Source: a virus. Taken from it: DNA of 64,000 nucleotides. Positions 10,427 through 19,891 of the stretch are shown here, piece by piece (within the stretch, counting starts at the first letter, position 1; every line of letters begins with the position of its first letter). The position numbers and the translations under genes are program-made. The DNA lies in IMG/VR virus record IMGVR_UViG_3300046373_000069, positions 1-64,000 of that record, one strand, 5' to 3'. The notes beneath the pieces were generated by a model, which was given only the letters and a program-made list of their open reading frames with translations, had not been told where the DNA came from and ran no database searches.

Positions 10427-10531
10427 AGTACCGAACACGAGCACAAATAAGAAAAATAAAGCTTGTGTTCTGAATTTTAATGTGCAATACTAGAATCACT
10501 TAAACGAAACAAACTTCTCAGGAGAAACATC

Positions 10532-10780
10532 ATGGCAACCAACAAAACTTTTAACGGGGCGAAAAATTGGAACCACTGGAACGTTTCCCTCTGGATTAAC
10601 AACGATGAGGGCCTGTACCGCATGGCGAAAGATTACATCCGTGAGGCTAAAGACTGTGGAGGCCGTGAAGAGGCTGCAAAGATGATGCTCGACGCGCTGC
10701 AAGAGAGTGGCATCACGCACACTCCAGACGGTGCACCATACAGCGTCACCACAATCCGTGCTGCAATGCGTGGTATGTAA
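10532..10780 (+). CDS. conserved phage early protein (NG.KNW..WNVSLWINNDEGLY family)
   Basis: recognisable phage motif, own promoter and AGGAG RBS. Confidence 0.7.
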   Translation: MATNKTFNGAKNWNHWNVSLWINNDEGLYRMAKDYIREAKDCGGREEAAKMMLDALQESGITHTPDGAPYSVTTIRAAMRGM

Positions 10781-11363
10781 GACTACAGCCCCGCGCAAGC
10801 CTCCGCAAAGAGGTTATGCAGGGAATGAATGGAATGCTTTGGGGAACATAATGAAGAACCTAGAAGAAATGCGTAAAAATGTGGCACTCGCTCGTAGCAA
10901 TGCTTTAGAGGCCTACATCCAATATAAGCGAGGCTTCGCGACTATGGGGGACTACGGCAAAGCTTGGGAGAATTATAAAGAGCTTGACTCAGAATTATTC
11001 ATTGTTGAAGGGCAGGCGGTTTTGAGCCTTCTGTAGCAAACACAAAAATAATAAGAAAGGGCTTGCGGGAAGTGAGGTAGTGTGAGATAGTATGTGTATT
11101 GACGAAGCAAACACAACCCTAACACACGAGGAGACACAAAATGCCCAGCTACTCAGTTTTGAATCTCGACGCACGATTTTCCGTTTCCCAAGAACTTACC
11201 CTCGTGTTCCTTGAGGTTTGGACAGCGCGCTGCGAGGAGACGGTGTTAGGCATGTTTGGTAGTCGCCTTGCTGCTGAGCATGCGTGCTACTGGTCAGCCT
11301 CGCAAGAGTGCTGTCTTGAAGAAGCTTGATTAATCCGTAAACGTATTTATTTTGGAGAATGCT

Positions 11364-11684
11364 ATGAAAGAAAGTGAACGCTTGAGGGCTGCAAGGAAGC
11401 TGATTGAGAAGCCTGAGAATTGGATGCAGGGTGGATACGCTGATAACCCCCATAACGGCCTTGCAAATGCTTGTAGGTTCTGCTCAATTGGTGCTGTGCT
11501 CAGGGTCCGTGGAGAAGAGGTCACTGCCCTAGACTTTAACAGCACTTCTCGTTATCTGCAAAGGGTGCTGGACAACATGAATGAGGGGAGTTGTGTGGCC
11601 GACTTTAACGACAACCACTCGCACTCCCATGTCATGGAGTTATTTGACGCTGCGATTACCATTGCTGAGAGTGAAGAAAGCTAA
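11364..11684 (+). CDS. conserved phage protein (DUF6197-like)
   Basis: W.QG..A, FCSIGA, FND...H..V..LFD motifs. Confidence 0.6.
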   Translation: MKESERLRAARKLIEKPENWMQGGYADNPHNGLANACRFCSIGAVLRVRGEEVTALDFNSTSRYLQRVLDNMNEGSCVADFNDNHSHSHVMELFDAAITIAESEES

Positions 11685-13887
11685 AATGTCAAAAGAATAC
11701 ATTCACAGGACGACCCTTGCAGCAATCCACGCATGGGCCAACAGCGACACTTACGACAGATATGCTTGCTGGATTTCCACCCAGAAAAAAGGTGGGAAGT
11801 GGTGGGCAGCACAAGACACCATCTAGCAAGCCTACTACAAATAAACAACACAAGAATTCCGTTAAGCGCTAAGAAAAGGCTTGACGGTATTCGCACGCCT
11901 GTTGTATAGTTAGTTCATCCGAGCAAATCTGCTCAAAACACTAACGTACAGGAGCACCCTATGCAAGACGCCCTTTCCACTTTCCTCGAAGTTTCCCTTT
12001 ACGTCATCTCCGGTGCCTTCTGCATCTTCGCAGCTACCCACACGCTACCAATGGGCCTCACGGCTTTCTCTGCTGGCTCCCTCCTCACTTGCTTCTCTTG
12101 TGCGGCATGGAGCATTTACAAGCTCCTCGTGCGGGGCGTCTGATGTCATTCTCTCTAGTCAACGAACTCTTCCTATACCTGACATGGGTTTGTGTAGGAT
12201 TTCTTCTGTGCTTACTACTTCAGCGCAACAAAGATAATGACGACGATAGCTAAAATAAGCTTGCACTAGATAGCGAGTGTGCTAAGATGTACTCACTAAC
12301 ACAGCACAAGGAACACCATGCCAGACAGCAAAGACAAGCTCCCGCTCATAGACGATATTGAAAGCGTCCAAAGGGACACAGAGGAAGCGCTGAAGGGGCT
12401 GCGGGTTGTGCTGGCAATCATTGTTGTTTGCTTCATCGGGGCAGTGTGCGGACTTATTTATTTTACTTAGGAGCTTGACATGACATCGTTTGAATTCGGC
12501 GTAGGGACGTATCCAACGTTGGCAATGCGGAGTAGAGCGCACAGGGAGGGCGTCTACGCGGGTAAGCATAGCGGGAAGTATGATAGGGTCCACGAACCAA
12601 GGGCAATTGCTTTCGAATACCCTTTCGGTATGCAAGTGAAGGCCCTCAACAGGAAGCAGCGCAAACAGCTTAAACTGAGCGAAGGAGAAATGTGGTGAAA
12701 TACAATTTCAAGTTTAAGATTGGCGACGTTGTGAAGCACAAGGTGGGAGACGAGTGCATATACATTCAGCAAACCGCATTCAACTCCCACACAGAGCAAG
12801 CACTGTATATAGTGTACACAAACACTGGCTGTGACTACTTCATGGCAGAGTCTTTTGAGAAGTTTTATGAGGTGAAGAAATGAACTACATCCTAATTTTT
12901 GTATTCCTCTGGAGCAGCGGACATCCGGAGTCTACGTCTCAAAGCGTAAAGTTTCACTCTTTGAAGGCGTGCCAAGCGGCTGCTCTGGAAATTCGGAAGC
13001 AGGCTGCAAAAGAAGCCCACAAACTACCAATTCTAGTTTGTGCAGCGGAGCATCTATGACCCTCACCCCAGAGCAAGCTAGTAACCTCCTCAGCGCCCTG
13101 CAAAACCTCTGCATCGCATTTGCAGACATGTGTGATCGCACGGGGTATAATGCTGGGGCGTATTATACGTACAGAGCAGCGCAAAAAGTGATTGAAGAGA
13201 CTTTAGGAGAAACACAATGAATAACTCTAAAATTTCCGCACTGGAAGCTTCCCAGATTATGATTCTTGCCGAAGATTGGGCGAATGCCAAAGCTAAACAC
13301 GCACAAAACCCTAAATCGTATTACTACGAGATAGCGCTACTGGCAGAGCAAGCCCTGCGAGACTTCGTGAACGAGCTTGCTGACGCTAAATAACCCTTGT
13401 AAACCCTCCTCCACAATGTTATTCTGAACACATCAACAGGAGAACAAAATGCTGCCTATATTTATCTGGTTAGTTTGCTTCACCATCGTCTTCTCAATCC
13501 TGCTCGTCTACGTCTGCATGGCTGAAGTGAAGCCTCCGAAGATGCCCGAAGAGATGCGTATGCGTCTACGTGAATGGGGAGAGGCAGAATGAGCGCCAAC
13601 ACTATTGCATACCTTTCCATCTTGGCCCTAGTATTGTTCGTATTTGCGGTGGGGGTAATAGCAAGACGGAATGACAGAATTGCAGAACTAACTGACGAGG
13701 ATCTAGAGCAAGCTATTTTTCGGGAAAGCTTGCAAGGGAACTTGGACAGTGTGTATAGTAGGGAGCGGCAGATGCGGCAGGGGAAGGGTTGTTAACCAAA
13801 ATAGAGCTTGCATTATCTTTGTTATTGTGGCACACTGAATTCGTTGAAACAAAACACAGCCCGATAGGGCAAACACAGGAGAATATC

Positions 13888-14244
13888 ATGTACGACGAAA
13901 TGACAAGCAAAGAACTCTACACCCAGCTGGAAGCCGCTGGCTGGAGCTTTGGCAGCGAGATAGACGAGACAACAGGCATCTCATGGAATGCTTACAGGCG
14001 CTTGATTGGCGGGATTGTGAGTAAAGCCACTGGAGATTCTCCAATACTGGTTATCAAGCCTTATTCCCTAGCATTCCCCGGCAGTGTGCTACGCTCTGTC
14101 AACTTTGAAGTGAGGGGGCAAATTGCTAGCGGGCAATGGGTGGAGTTTAAAGTTTACGGGGTGAGGTTTGAGGAGACGCTCACTAGCGTTGAGCGCTGCA
14201 CGGAAGTGCTGTTGACGGCTTGGAATGCTGTTGCGGGGCTGTGA
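13888..14244 (+). CDS. hypothetical early protein
   Basis: CAGGAG RBS after promoter 13808. Confidence 0.7.
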   Translation: MYDEMTSKELYTQLEAAGWSFGSEIDETTGISWNAYRRLIGGIVSKATGDSPILVIKPYSLAFPGSVLRSVNFEVRGQIASGQWVEFKVYGVRFEETLTSVERCTEVLLTAWNAVAGL

Positions 14245-14792
14245 TGAACAAACGCCAAGCAATGCGCCTAGCCCTAGCTCTTGAGGGAACCTACATCATT
14301 CAATCTGATACAGGTGATGCTGTAACAAACTATCTCTCAGAGAAAGACATAGTACGCTTTCAAGAAGCACAGCGGGAGATAGGGCGGCAATTGCTGCGCA
14401 GGGCTGGCTTTGATAGGCCGCTGTCTGTTGGGGAGTTTATCAAGATTATTAGCGAGGGGCTGTGATGAAGCGTGTAGAATTCTTAGGGCAGTGGTGGGAG
14501 GCTCCAGATTGGGCTAAGTTCATTACACACGATTTAGATTATAGTGGGGCTGTAATTGTGTGGGAGAAACTGCCAGTGTTCGCCAATGCGCATTGGGCAC
14601 ACGATACTAAAGATTGGCTAGACCCCGGCGAGAAAGCTTGCTTAGGGCATGTGATGCCAGAGGCCGAGATTCGGAGGATTGACTGATGAGCAGAAACAAA
14701 CGGGAAGGGCGCTATGCGGGGAAGTGGGAGGGCGTATTGTGAGAGGTTGTGTGATATAATACCGACTAGTGTACAATTAGTGAGAGAGAGTA

Positions 14793-15323
14793 ATGGACGA
14801 CTACATAGAAGAGCAATTAGCCAAGTGTAGAGCAAAGGAGCAATACGCCTCCGAGCTTGACGCAAGAACATTTGGTAGAGAGCATTCCAGCAAGCGCAAT
14901 GTAGAACTCTATGTCTACAAATGCCCCTACTGCACAACATGGCATCTCACAAGTAAGGCCCGAGCAGAATATTGGAATGTCAATGCAGAGTTTGTGGAGC
15001 TTGACGACTACGAAGACATCCTAGGCGACAAACTGTTTTGGCACAGGTTGCAGGACATGCCGTTGGTAGAGGCGCTGGACATTGTTAAAAAGACGCTCCG
15101 AAAGGTGAAACAAACTCTTAGTGCTGTTGGCCCCAAACTACAAAACGATCCAGATGTCAGGAGGTGGATACAGCTAAAGAATCGGCTTGAAGAGGAGCAG
15201 GTTTTTATGCGGTTCTTGTGCGACAACAATGTTTGGCGTAGAGCTGTAAAGATGCTGTACGGTGAAGAGGGGTATGAGAAAGTGAAGCAGATTGTGATAG
15301 CTGAGAGGGAGGGGAGAGGATAG
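14793..15323 (+). CDS. hypothetical protein with Zn-finger-like motif
   Basis: YKCPYC..WHLTS motif. Confidence 0.65.
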   Translation: MDDYIEEQLAKCRAKEQYASELDARTFGREHSSKRNVELYVYKCPYCTTWHLTSKARAEYWNVNAEFVELDDYEDILGDKLFWHRLQDMPLVEALDIVKKTLRKVKQTLSAVGPKLQNDPDVRRWIQLKNRLEEEQVFMRFLCDNNVWRRAVKMLYGEEGYEKVKQIVIAEREGRG

Positions 15324-15544
15324 GAGGAGAGGCCCGCGCAAGGGGCTTATATAGGGCACTGGTGTATTGCCTCACAGTGAGGCATTTACCTGTATCTTGA
15401 TGTCGTTGCACTGTACCCACAAAATAGTCTTACATGCTTACGCATGCGCTAACAACCTTACACACATACACAAGAATGCCTTTATCTATTCGTTCCACTG
15501 CGCAGGCGAAGCCGTAGCAGAGGGACAGAAGGAGATGGCTGTTC

Positions 15545-15725
15545 TTAGACTTAGAGGAAGCTTTCTCTTCTTTATCTCTTTTCTTATCTATTACATCTAT
15601 CTCTTAGTACGGTAGCTCTGAGGCAATTAAATGCCTCTCTCTGAGGCATATCAACGTCACAGTGAGGCGTATCTACTTCAGGCTGAGGCTTTGACAGCTT
15701 ACACAATTGCCTCTCTCTGAGGCAT
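15545..15725. repeat. iteron-like array plus AT-rich tract (putative replication origin)
   Basis: TGAGGC at 15619, 15642, 15663, 15684, 15718; TGCCTC-N5-GAGGCA palindromes; pyrimidine/AT-rich tract 15560-15607. Confidence 0.7.
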
Positions 15726-15734
15726 ATCTAACAC

Positions 15735-15763
15735 TTGACAGACAAGCGTGCTCATGCTATAAT
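15735..15763 (+). promoter_or_regulatory. consensus sigma70 promoter
   Basis: TTGACA-17-TATAAT with extended TG. Confidence 0.85.
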
Positions 15764-15796
15764 TGTCTTTGGTAGCACAATAAAGGAAGTAATTCT

Positions 15797-15991
15797 ATGC
15801 GATTAGACCTTAACTTAGACATCATCCGATGGATCGATGCGAACAAAGGCGACAAGTCAAGACCAGCTTTTATTATATCAAAGCTAAGAGAACTAATGCA
15901 AGACACGAAGCCTAACGGCACAATCCATACGAAGGGACTACATGAAGAAAATATCTCCTATGGAGCTAACCACGCTCCTGAACAGAACTAA
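15797..15991 (+). CDS. ribbon-helix-helix-like DNA-binding protein
   Basis: MRLDL..DIIRWID....SRPAFI...LRE pattern, AAGGA RBS. Confidence 0.55.
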   Translation: MRLDLNLDIIRWIDANKGDKSRPAFIISKLRELMQDTKPNGTIHTKGLHEENISYGANHAPEQN

Positions 15992-16526
15992 GGTTTCTGT
16001 TTCCAAATTGACAGTACACGAACACCGTCTATTGTCTTTCCTGCTGGCGAGAGTGAACAAAGACAGGTTAGCTACTCATGGCTACCTTGCTTGGCCCGGC
16101 ACTGATGAAATCATTGACTACACAGACATATCTAAATCCACTATCGAGCGACTGCGCAAAACGCTAGTTGCTGCTGGATGGGTGCAATACACGCCGGGCC
16201 ATGGTGCAGGTTCCAGCAATCATTACTACATCAACGGACAGCGTATCTATGATGCATATGTGGCATCTGGCAATAAACCACCAGAGGGGACCGTGTACGC
16301 CACAAATGTGCAGGAGAAGCCAAAGAAGCAACACGAGCGCAATAAGTCAGGACTTAAGCAGGGTAAGGTAACGCCCGTTGCGCAAGAAGTCCCCAAGGTG
16401 TCTGTCCAACCAGTGGATGGGGGCTACCCTCGCTGGCATAAGGGTGTATGGGTGACGAGCGCAGAACACGCCCGAAGGGTGGATATTGAAGCGCAACACA
16501 CTCAAGACGAGGATTGTCCCTTTTAG
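15942..16526 (+). CDS. winged-HTH protein, replication-initiator-like N-terminus
   Basis: AWPG.DEI.DYTDISKSTIER.RKTL..AGWV resembles the HTH of phage replisome organisers. Confidence 0.65.
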   Translation: MKKISPMELTTLLNRTKVSVSKLTVHEHRLLSFLLARVNKDRLATHGYLAWPGTDEIIDYTDISKSTIERLRKTLVAAGWVQYTPGHGAGSSNHYYINGQRIYDAYVASGNKPPEGTVYATNVQEKPKKQHERNKSGLKQGKVTPVAQEVPKVSVQPVDGGYPRWHKGVWVTSAEHARRVDIEAQHTQDEDCPF

Positions 16527-16642
16527 GAGCATACAAGCCATCTACGCACCCATTGTCATGGGTGCTCCGCTCCCTCCGAAGCTCTCTAGGGGGCTTTGAC
16601 GAACATGCAGGGAATGATTTACTAACGCAAAGAGGTATTACA

Positions 16643-16888
16643 ATGAAAACTGTTATCATCTATGACCAAGTGTTTGAACAGCCTATTTCTTTCTATGTTG
16701 TGGAGGGTGATGTGTCACACTTAGATGGTGTGTACGGGAACAGTGCAGCTAACACGGAAGCACAAGAGAATGAGCTGTACGCCATCGTATTCAATGAGGA
16801 CTGGTCGCAAAAGCCAGCACTCGACAAGTTCCCTGTTGATGTTGTTGCACAGGGTGCTAAAGTGATTGTGTGCGGGTTTCTGCCTTGA
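16643..16888 (+). CDS. hypothetical protein flanked by 15-bp direct repeats
   Basis: GAGGT RBS; GAACATGCAGGGAAT on both sides. Confidence 0.65.
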   Translation: MKTVIIYDQVFEQPISFYVVEGDVSHLDGVYGNSAANTEAQENELYAIVFNEDWSQKPALDKFPVDVVAQGAKVIVCGFLP

Positions 16889-16944
16889 ACATGCAGGGAA
16901 TTGGAATATAATGTAGTTATGCCGAGAGGCTGGGAGGAATTGTT

Positions 16945-17259
16945 ATGAGCGATACAGCGAAGCGCACTAAAGGGCCTTGGGAAGTGCTAGGCGCAACGAT
17001 TTACGTTAGGGAGAACGATTACAATCGATTCTTTGCTTCTGTAGGTAGCTCAAGAGGTACACCGGACGAGGAGCTGAAAGCCAATGCTAGGCTCATGGCT
17101 AGTGCTCCTGAGTTGTTGGATGCGCTGGAGCTTGCTAAGAAAGGCCTAGAGGCTCACGTAGAATACGCCCGAGGGAAAGAGGATTATGAGCTATTCACAG
17201 CAACGGTGTTTGCCATGCAGACGATTGATGCGGCTATAGCGAAAGCTAAAGGGGAATGA
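16945..17259 (+). CDS. conserved phage protein (TKGPW..ANARL.A.APELL family)
   Basis: widespread phage motif, GGAGG RBS. Confidence 0.7.
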   Translation: MSDTAKRTKGPWEVLGATIYVRENDYNRFFASVGSSRGTPDEELKANARLMASAPELLDALELAKKGLEAHVEYARGKEDYELFTATVFAMQTIDAAIAKAKGE

Positions 17260-17630
17260 GATGCTAGTGCAAATTGACGCAGTTGGAAAGTACGTTATTA
17301 CGTTATCTGAGGCGGAAGCAAAGGCGTTAACATATAGTTTGTCTATGGCAAGCTATTACGAGCCAGTGCTACAGTATAAACAGCAAGCCGACAAGCTGCG
17401 GGATGCTATCTACGTGGCAGAGTCTAAGGGCGCCCCTAAATGAGCACCAAAGCCAAACAGCAGGCTCGACGGGCTGAACTCCAGTTCATCCTAACGGACG
17501 TGTGGAACAGCGAGAGACAAGGGTACAGTTTCTATGTGTGGCTAGATAAGCAAACTCAGGACATTAGCAGGGTTGGCTGGCAGGATGAAGCTAAGGAGCT
17601 AATTGCTCTGTATGAGGAGCTTTGACAGGG

Positions 17631-17657
17631 GCCAGCGCAAGCTGGCTTTCTCTTTTG
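17631..17657 (+). terminator. Rho-independent terminator
   Basis: GCCAGC-GCAA-GCTGGC + T-rich tail. Confidence 0.75.
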
Positions 17658-17744
17658 TGTACAACAATTTTAAGAAATCGCTTGTGCTAGCTGAGATAGT
17701 GTGAGACACTAGATTCATTGAAGCACACAACAAGGAGCCCTACC

Positions 17745-17906
17745 ATGTACACCACCTACGAAGACGCAGCAGAAGCCACTATTAGCCGCCAGCAAGCCAT
17801 CCGTGAAGTGAAGAAGCATCACAGCAACGTAGAGGAATTCTTCGCAGAGGTAGGCGAGAAGGCAGAGTATAGCGGCAAGGAAGTGTTGGATTGGCTGGGG
17901 TATTGA
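17745..17906 (+). CDS. small early protein
   Basis: AAGGAG RBS, promoter 17682-17710. Confidence 0.65.
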   Translation: MYTTYEDAAEATISRQQAIREVKKHHSNVEEFFAEVGEKAEYSGKEVLDWLGY

Positions 17907-18550
17907 TATGTACATACTGACAAACATAAGCGGCAAGAAGATTGTTGCGGGCAATCCTGGAAAATGCCACACTGCACTACTTGAGAAGTTAATACTCAAC
18001 GAAAACTGTATGTTGTGGGTTATTATTGGTGACAGAGCAATACGACATTCGTATGTGTATGCTGGTGGGCTGCATCGACTCTTTCCAGGAGCCTAACATG
18101 TACAACATTATTTTCCTCGACGCAGACAACAAAGAAATGCTCTTGACAGTGGATGTTTTGAGCATTGCTCAGACGGTGCATGACACCATTGCTGAGGCAG
18201 GGTATGTTATGATTACGGAACGGCCACATTGAGGAGGATGGTTATGTTATGCTGGCATAAGTGGGGAATGTGGAGTGCCCCTAAAACTGTAGACATCGTG
18301 ATTAGCGGATGTGTTTCCCCTTATCGCGAGGTTTTCACAGGGCAGGAACGGACCTGCACTAAGTGCGGGAGACTTCAGTACAGACAGGTGGAGTGGAAAT
18401 GACAGCACATGAGCTTGCAAGATTGCTTTTGAGTGGGCCTGATTATACAGTGGTGGTGTACAATTATGAAACAAGACAGACACGTGTTGTCGAGAGTGTA
18501 CAAATAGTCGGTGAGCGTACAGACATCAATATCGAATGAGGGGATATGAC

Positions 18551-18808
18551 ATGAACAAAGAAACTGATAGCCGTTACCCATACACCTATGCTGCTGACTA
18601 CCTCCGAATGTTTGGAGGGTATAACTCGGGAGGTGTTGCACTAAGCCGATCTGATGCAAGCCAAATCCGTAGAGCACTCGCAGAAGCACTCGGAATGGAT
18701 GATGCAGAGCTTGCAAAGAAGCTTGCAGATCATTACCTAGCAGACGAGGAAGGACTTCTAGCCACCTCAACTCTTAACCTGTTGAGCCACTTCCAGAGCC
18801 TATCATGA
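18551..18808 (+). CDS. hypothetical protein
   Basis: GAGGGG RBS, coupled to next ORF. Confidence 0.6.
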   Translation: MNKETDSRYPYTYAADYLRMFGGYNSGGVALSRSDASQIRRALAEALGMDDAELAKKLADHYLADEEGLLATSTLNLLSHFQSLS

Positions 18809-18995
18809 ACTACAACGAGCTAAAGAGTGCTGTAGAGCAAGCTAGGCAAGCGGCTGTTGAGGCTAGGGCAGCGTATCAGCTAGCACCAACTAGAGAAGGC
18901 CTTAATACAGCACATACTAAGTGGTTTACGTATGAGTCGCTGGATAGTGACCTGCTGAGGATGGATGTGGACATTTGGTTGGAGGGGGTGTTGTG

Positions 18996-19430
18996 ATGAG
19001 GGATACACGGATTCAAGATCAAGCCTATATGCTGGCTGCGAGGCATCACAAGGGCCAACTATACGGGACAGAGCCATACACTGAACATCTGGCGGATGTC
19101 GTTCAAAGCCTTTGGATGAAGCACGGGGACAGTATCAACCCTGTGCTAGTCGCTACGGCATGGCTGCATGATGTGCTGGAGGATACTGAGTGTACTTGGG
19201 AGGAAATTGTAGCTGCGTGTGGAGATGAAGTAGCACGGGCAGTTGTGTGTCTGACAAAGCACCCCCAGCAAGCTAAAGAATGGTATATCGCAAGGATTAA
19301 AGCCTGCCCAATTGCCCTAGAGGTGAAGATTCATGACAGTTTATGCAACCTCCGTGCTAGTGTCATGAGCGGGGAGAGGGGGAGGGTACGGAAGTATTCG
19401 CAGCAGTTGATGCTGTTGGTAGAGGGGTGA
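18996..19430 (+). CDS. HD-domain hydrolase, RelA/SpoT-Mesh1 (small alarmone hydrolase) type
   Basis: H.GQ..G.EPY..H, LHDVLEDT, VK..D...N motifs. Confidence 0.8.
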   Translation: MRDTRIQDQAYMLAARHHKGQLYGTEPYTEHLADVVQSLWMKHGDSINPVLVATAWLHDVLEDTECTWEEIVAACGDEVARAVVCLTKHPQQAKEWYIARIKACPIALEVKIHDSLCNLRASVMSGERGRVRKYSQQLMLLVEG

Positions 19431-19465
19431 GAGGGATGCCCGTAAGGGGTTAGATAGCAGCACAC

Positions 19466-19493
19466 AAAAGCCCGCTCTAGGCGGGCTTTTCTT
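19466..19493. terminator. Rho-independent terminator (bidirectional type)
   Basis: AAAAGCCCGC-TCTAG-GCGGGCTTTT. Confidence 0.85.
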
Positions 19494-19667
19494 CGTCACT
19501 ATGCGTACCCCTAGGCAGCAGCTACAAGGCCCGTAGAGAGCCTATACAGGGCTGCTAGAGGGCATGCTGTACATCGTGCTATGTGTGGCCCCCCCTTCGG
19601 GGTGAGGGTGGCTGTGCAGCTACATGTAGGCAATGTGTTCTACCATGTGCTATGGGGCAGCTACTAC

Positions 19668-19714
19668 CCACTATATGTAGTGTTACTATGTGGCACGCCT
19701 ACTAGATGTAGGGC
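19668..19714. promoter_or_regulatory. tandem NrdR-box-like sites
   Basis: CCACTATATGTAGTGT (19668) and CTACTAGATGTAGGGC (19699), 31-bp offset. Confidence 0.65.
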
Positions 19715-19716
19715 AA

Positions 19717-19750
19717 TGTTAGTGAGTACTAACGTTAGCGGTTACTAACA
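19717..19750. promoter_or_regulatory. two adjacent SlmA-binding-site (SBS)-like palindromes
   Basis: GTGAGTACTAAC (11/12 to GTGAGTACTCAC) with GTTA flank, then GTTAGCGGTTACTAAC. Confidence 0.55.
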
Positions 19751-19834
19751 TAGGGTTAAGCAAACAATCACGCCTTCTTCTTCGCATACGAAGTAGTTTC
19801 CTTTACAACAACACCCCTCCCAGACACCTCGAAA

Positions 19835-19891
19835 TGTTGCTAACAAGCATTGCGTTGCAGCAGGGCAACATCTAGTTGCTACGAAGCAACA
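19835..19891. repeat. three GTTGC-N6-GCA(AC) palindromic operators
   Basis: TGTTGC-TAACAA-GCATTG, GTTGC-AGCAGG-GCAACA, GTTGC-TACGAA-GCAACA. Confidence 0.65.

Larger units (their letters stand above)
8760..13890 (+). promoter_or_regulatory. cluster of stereotyped early promoters (-35 at 8780, 9907, 10463, 11063, 11881, 12261, 13397, 13808)
   Basis: each has A-tract + (G)CTTG(A/C/T) -35, 16-18 bp spacer, xAxxxT -10, AC-rich leader and AGGA(G) RBS. Confidence 0.75.

Noticed and set aside
12286-12300. Extra SlmA-like half site GTACTCACTAAC
   Set aside because: Only half matches, and it coincides with the TCAC start-region motif common to the early promoters
15600-15730. CRISPR-like array
   Set aside because: Repeats are short and degenerate with a period of about 21 bp, no unique 30-40 bp spacers, and no cas genes
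19540-19630. LexA boxes near CTGT/ACAG words
   Set aside because: No CTG-N10-CAG pairing found
19793-19808. HexR-type box GTAGTTTCCTTTACA
   Set aside because: Spacer is one base longer than TGTA-N7-TACA and one arm is imperfect
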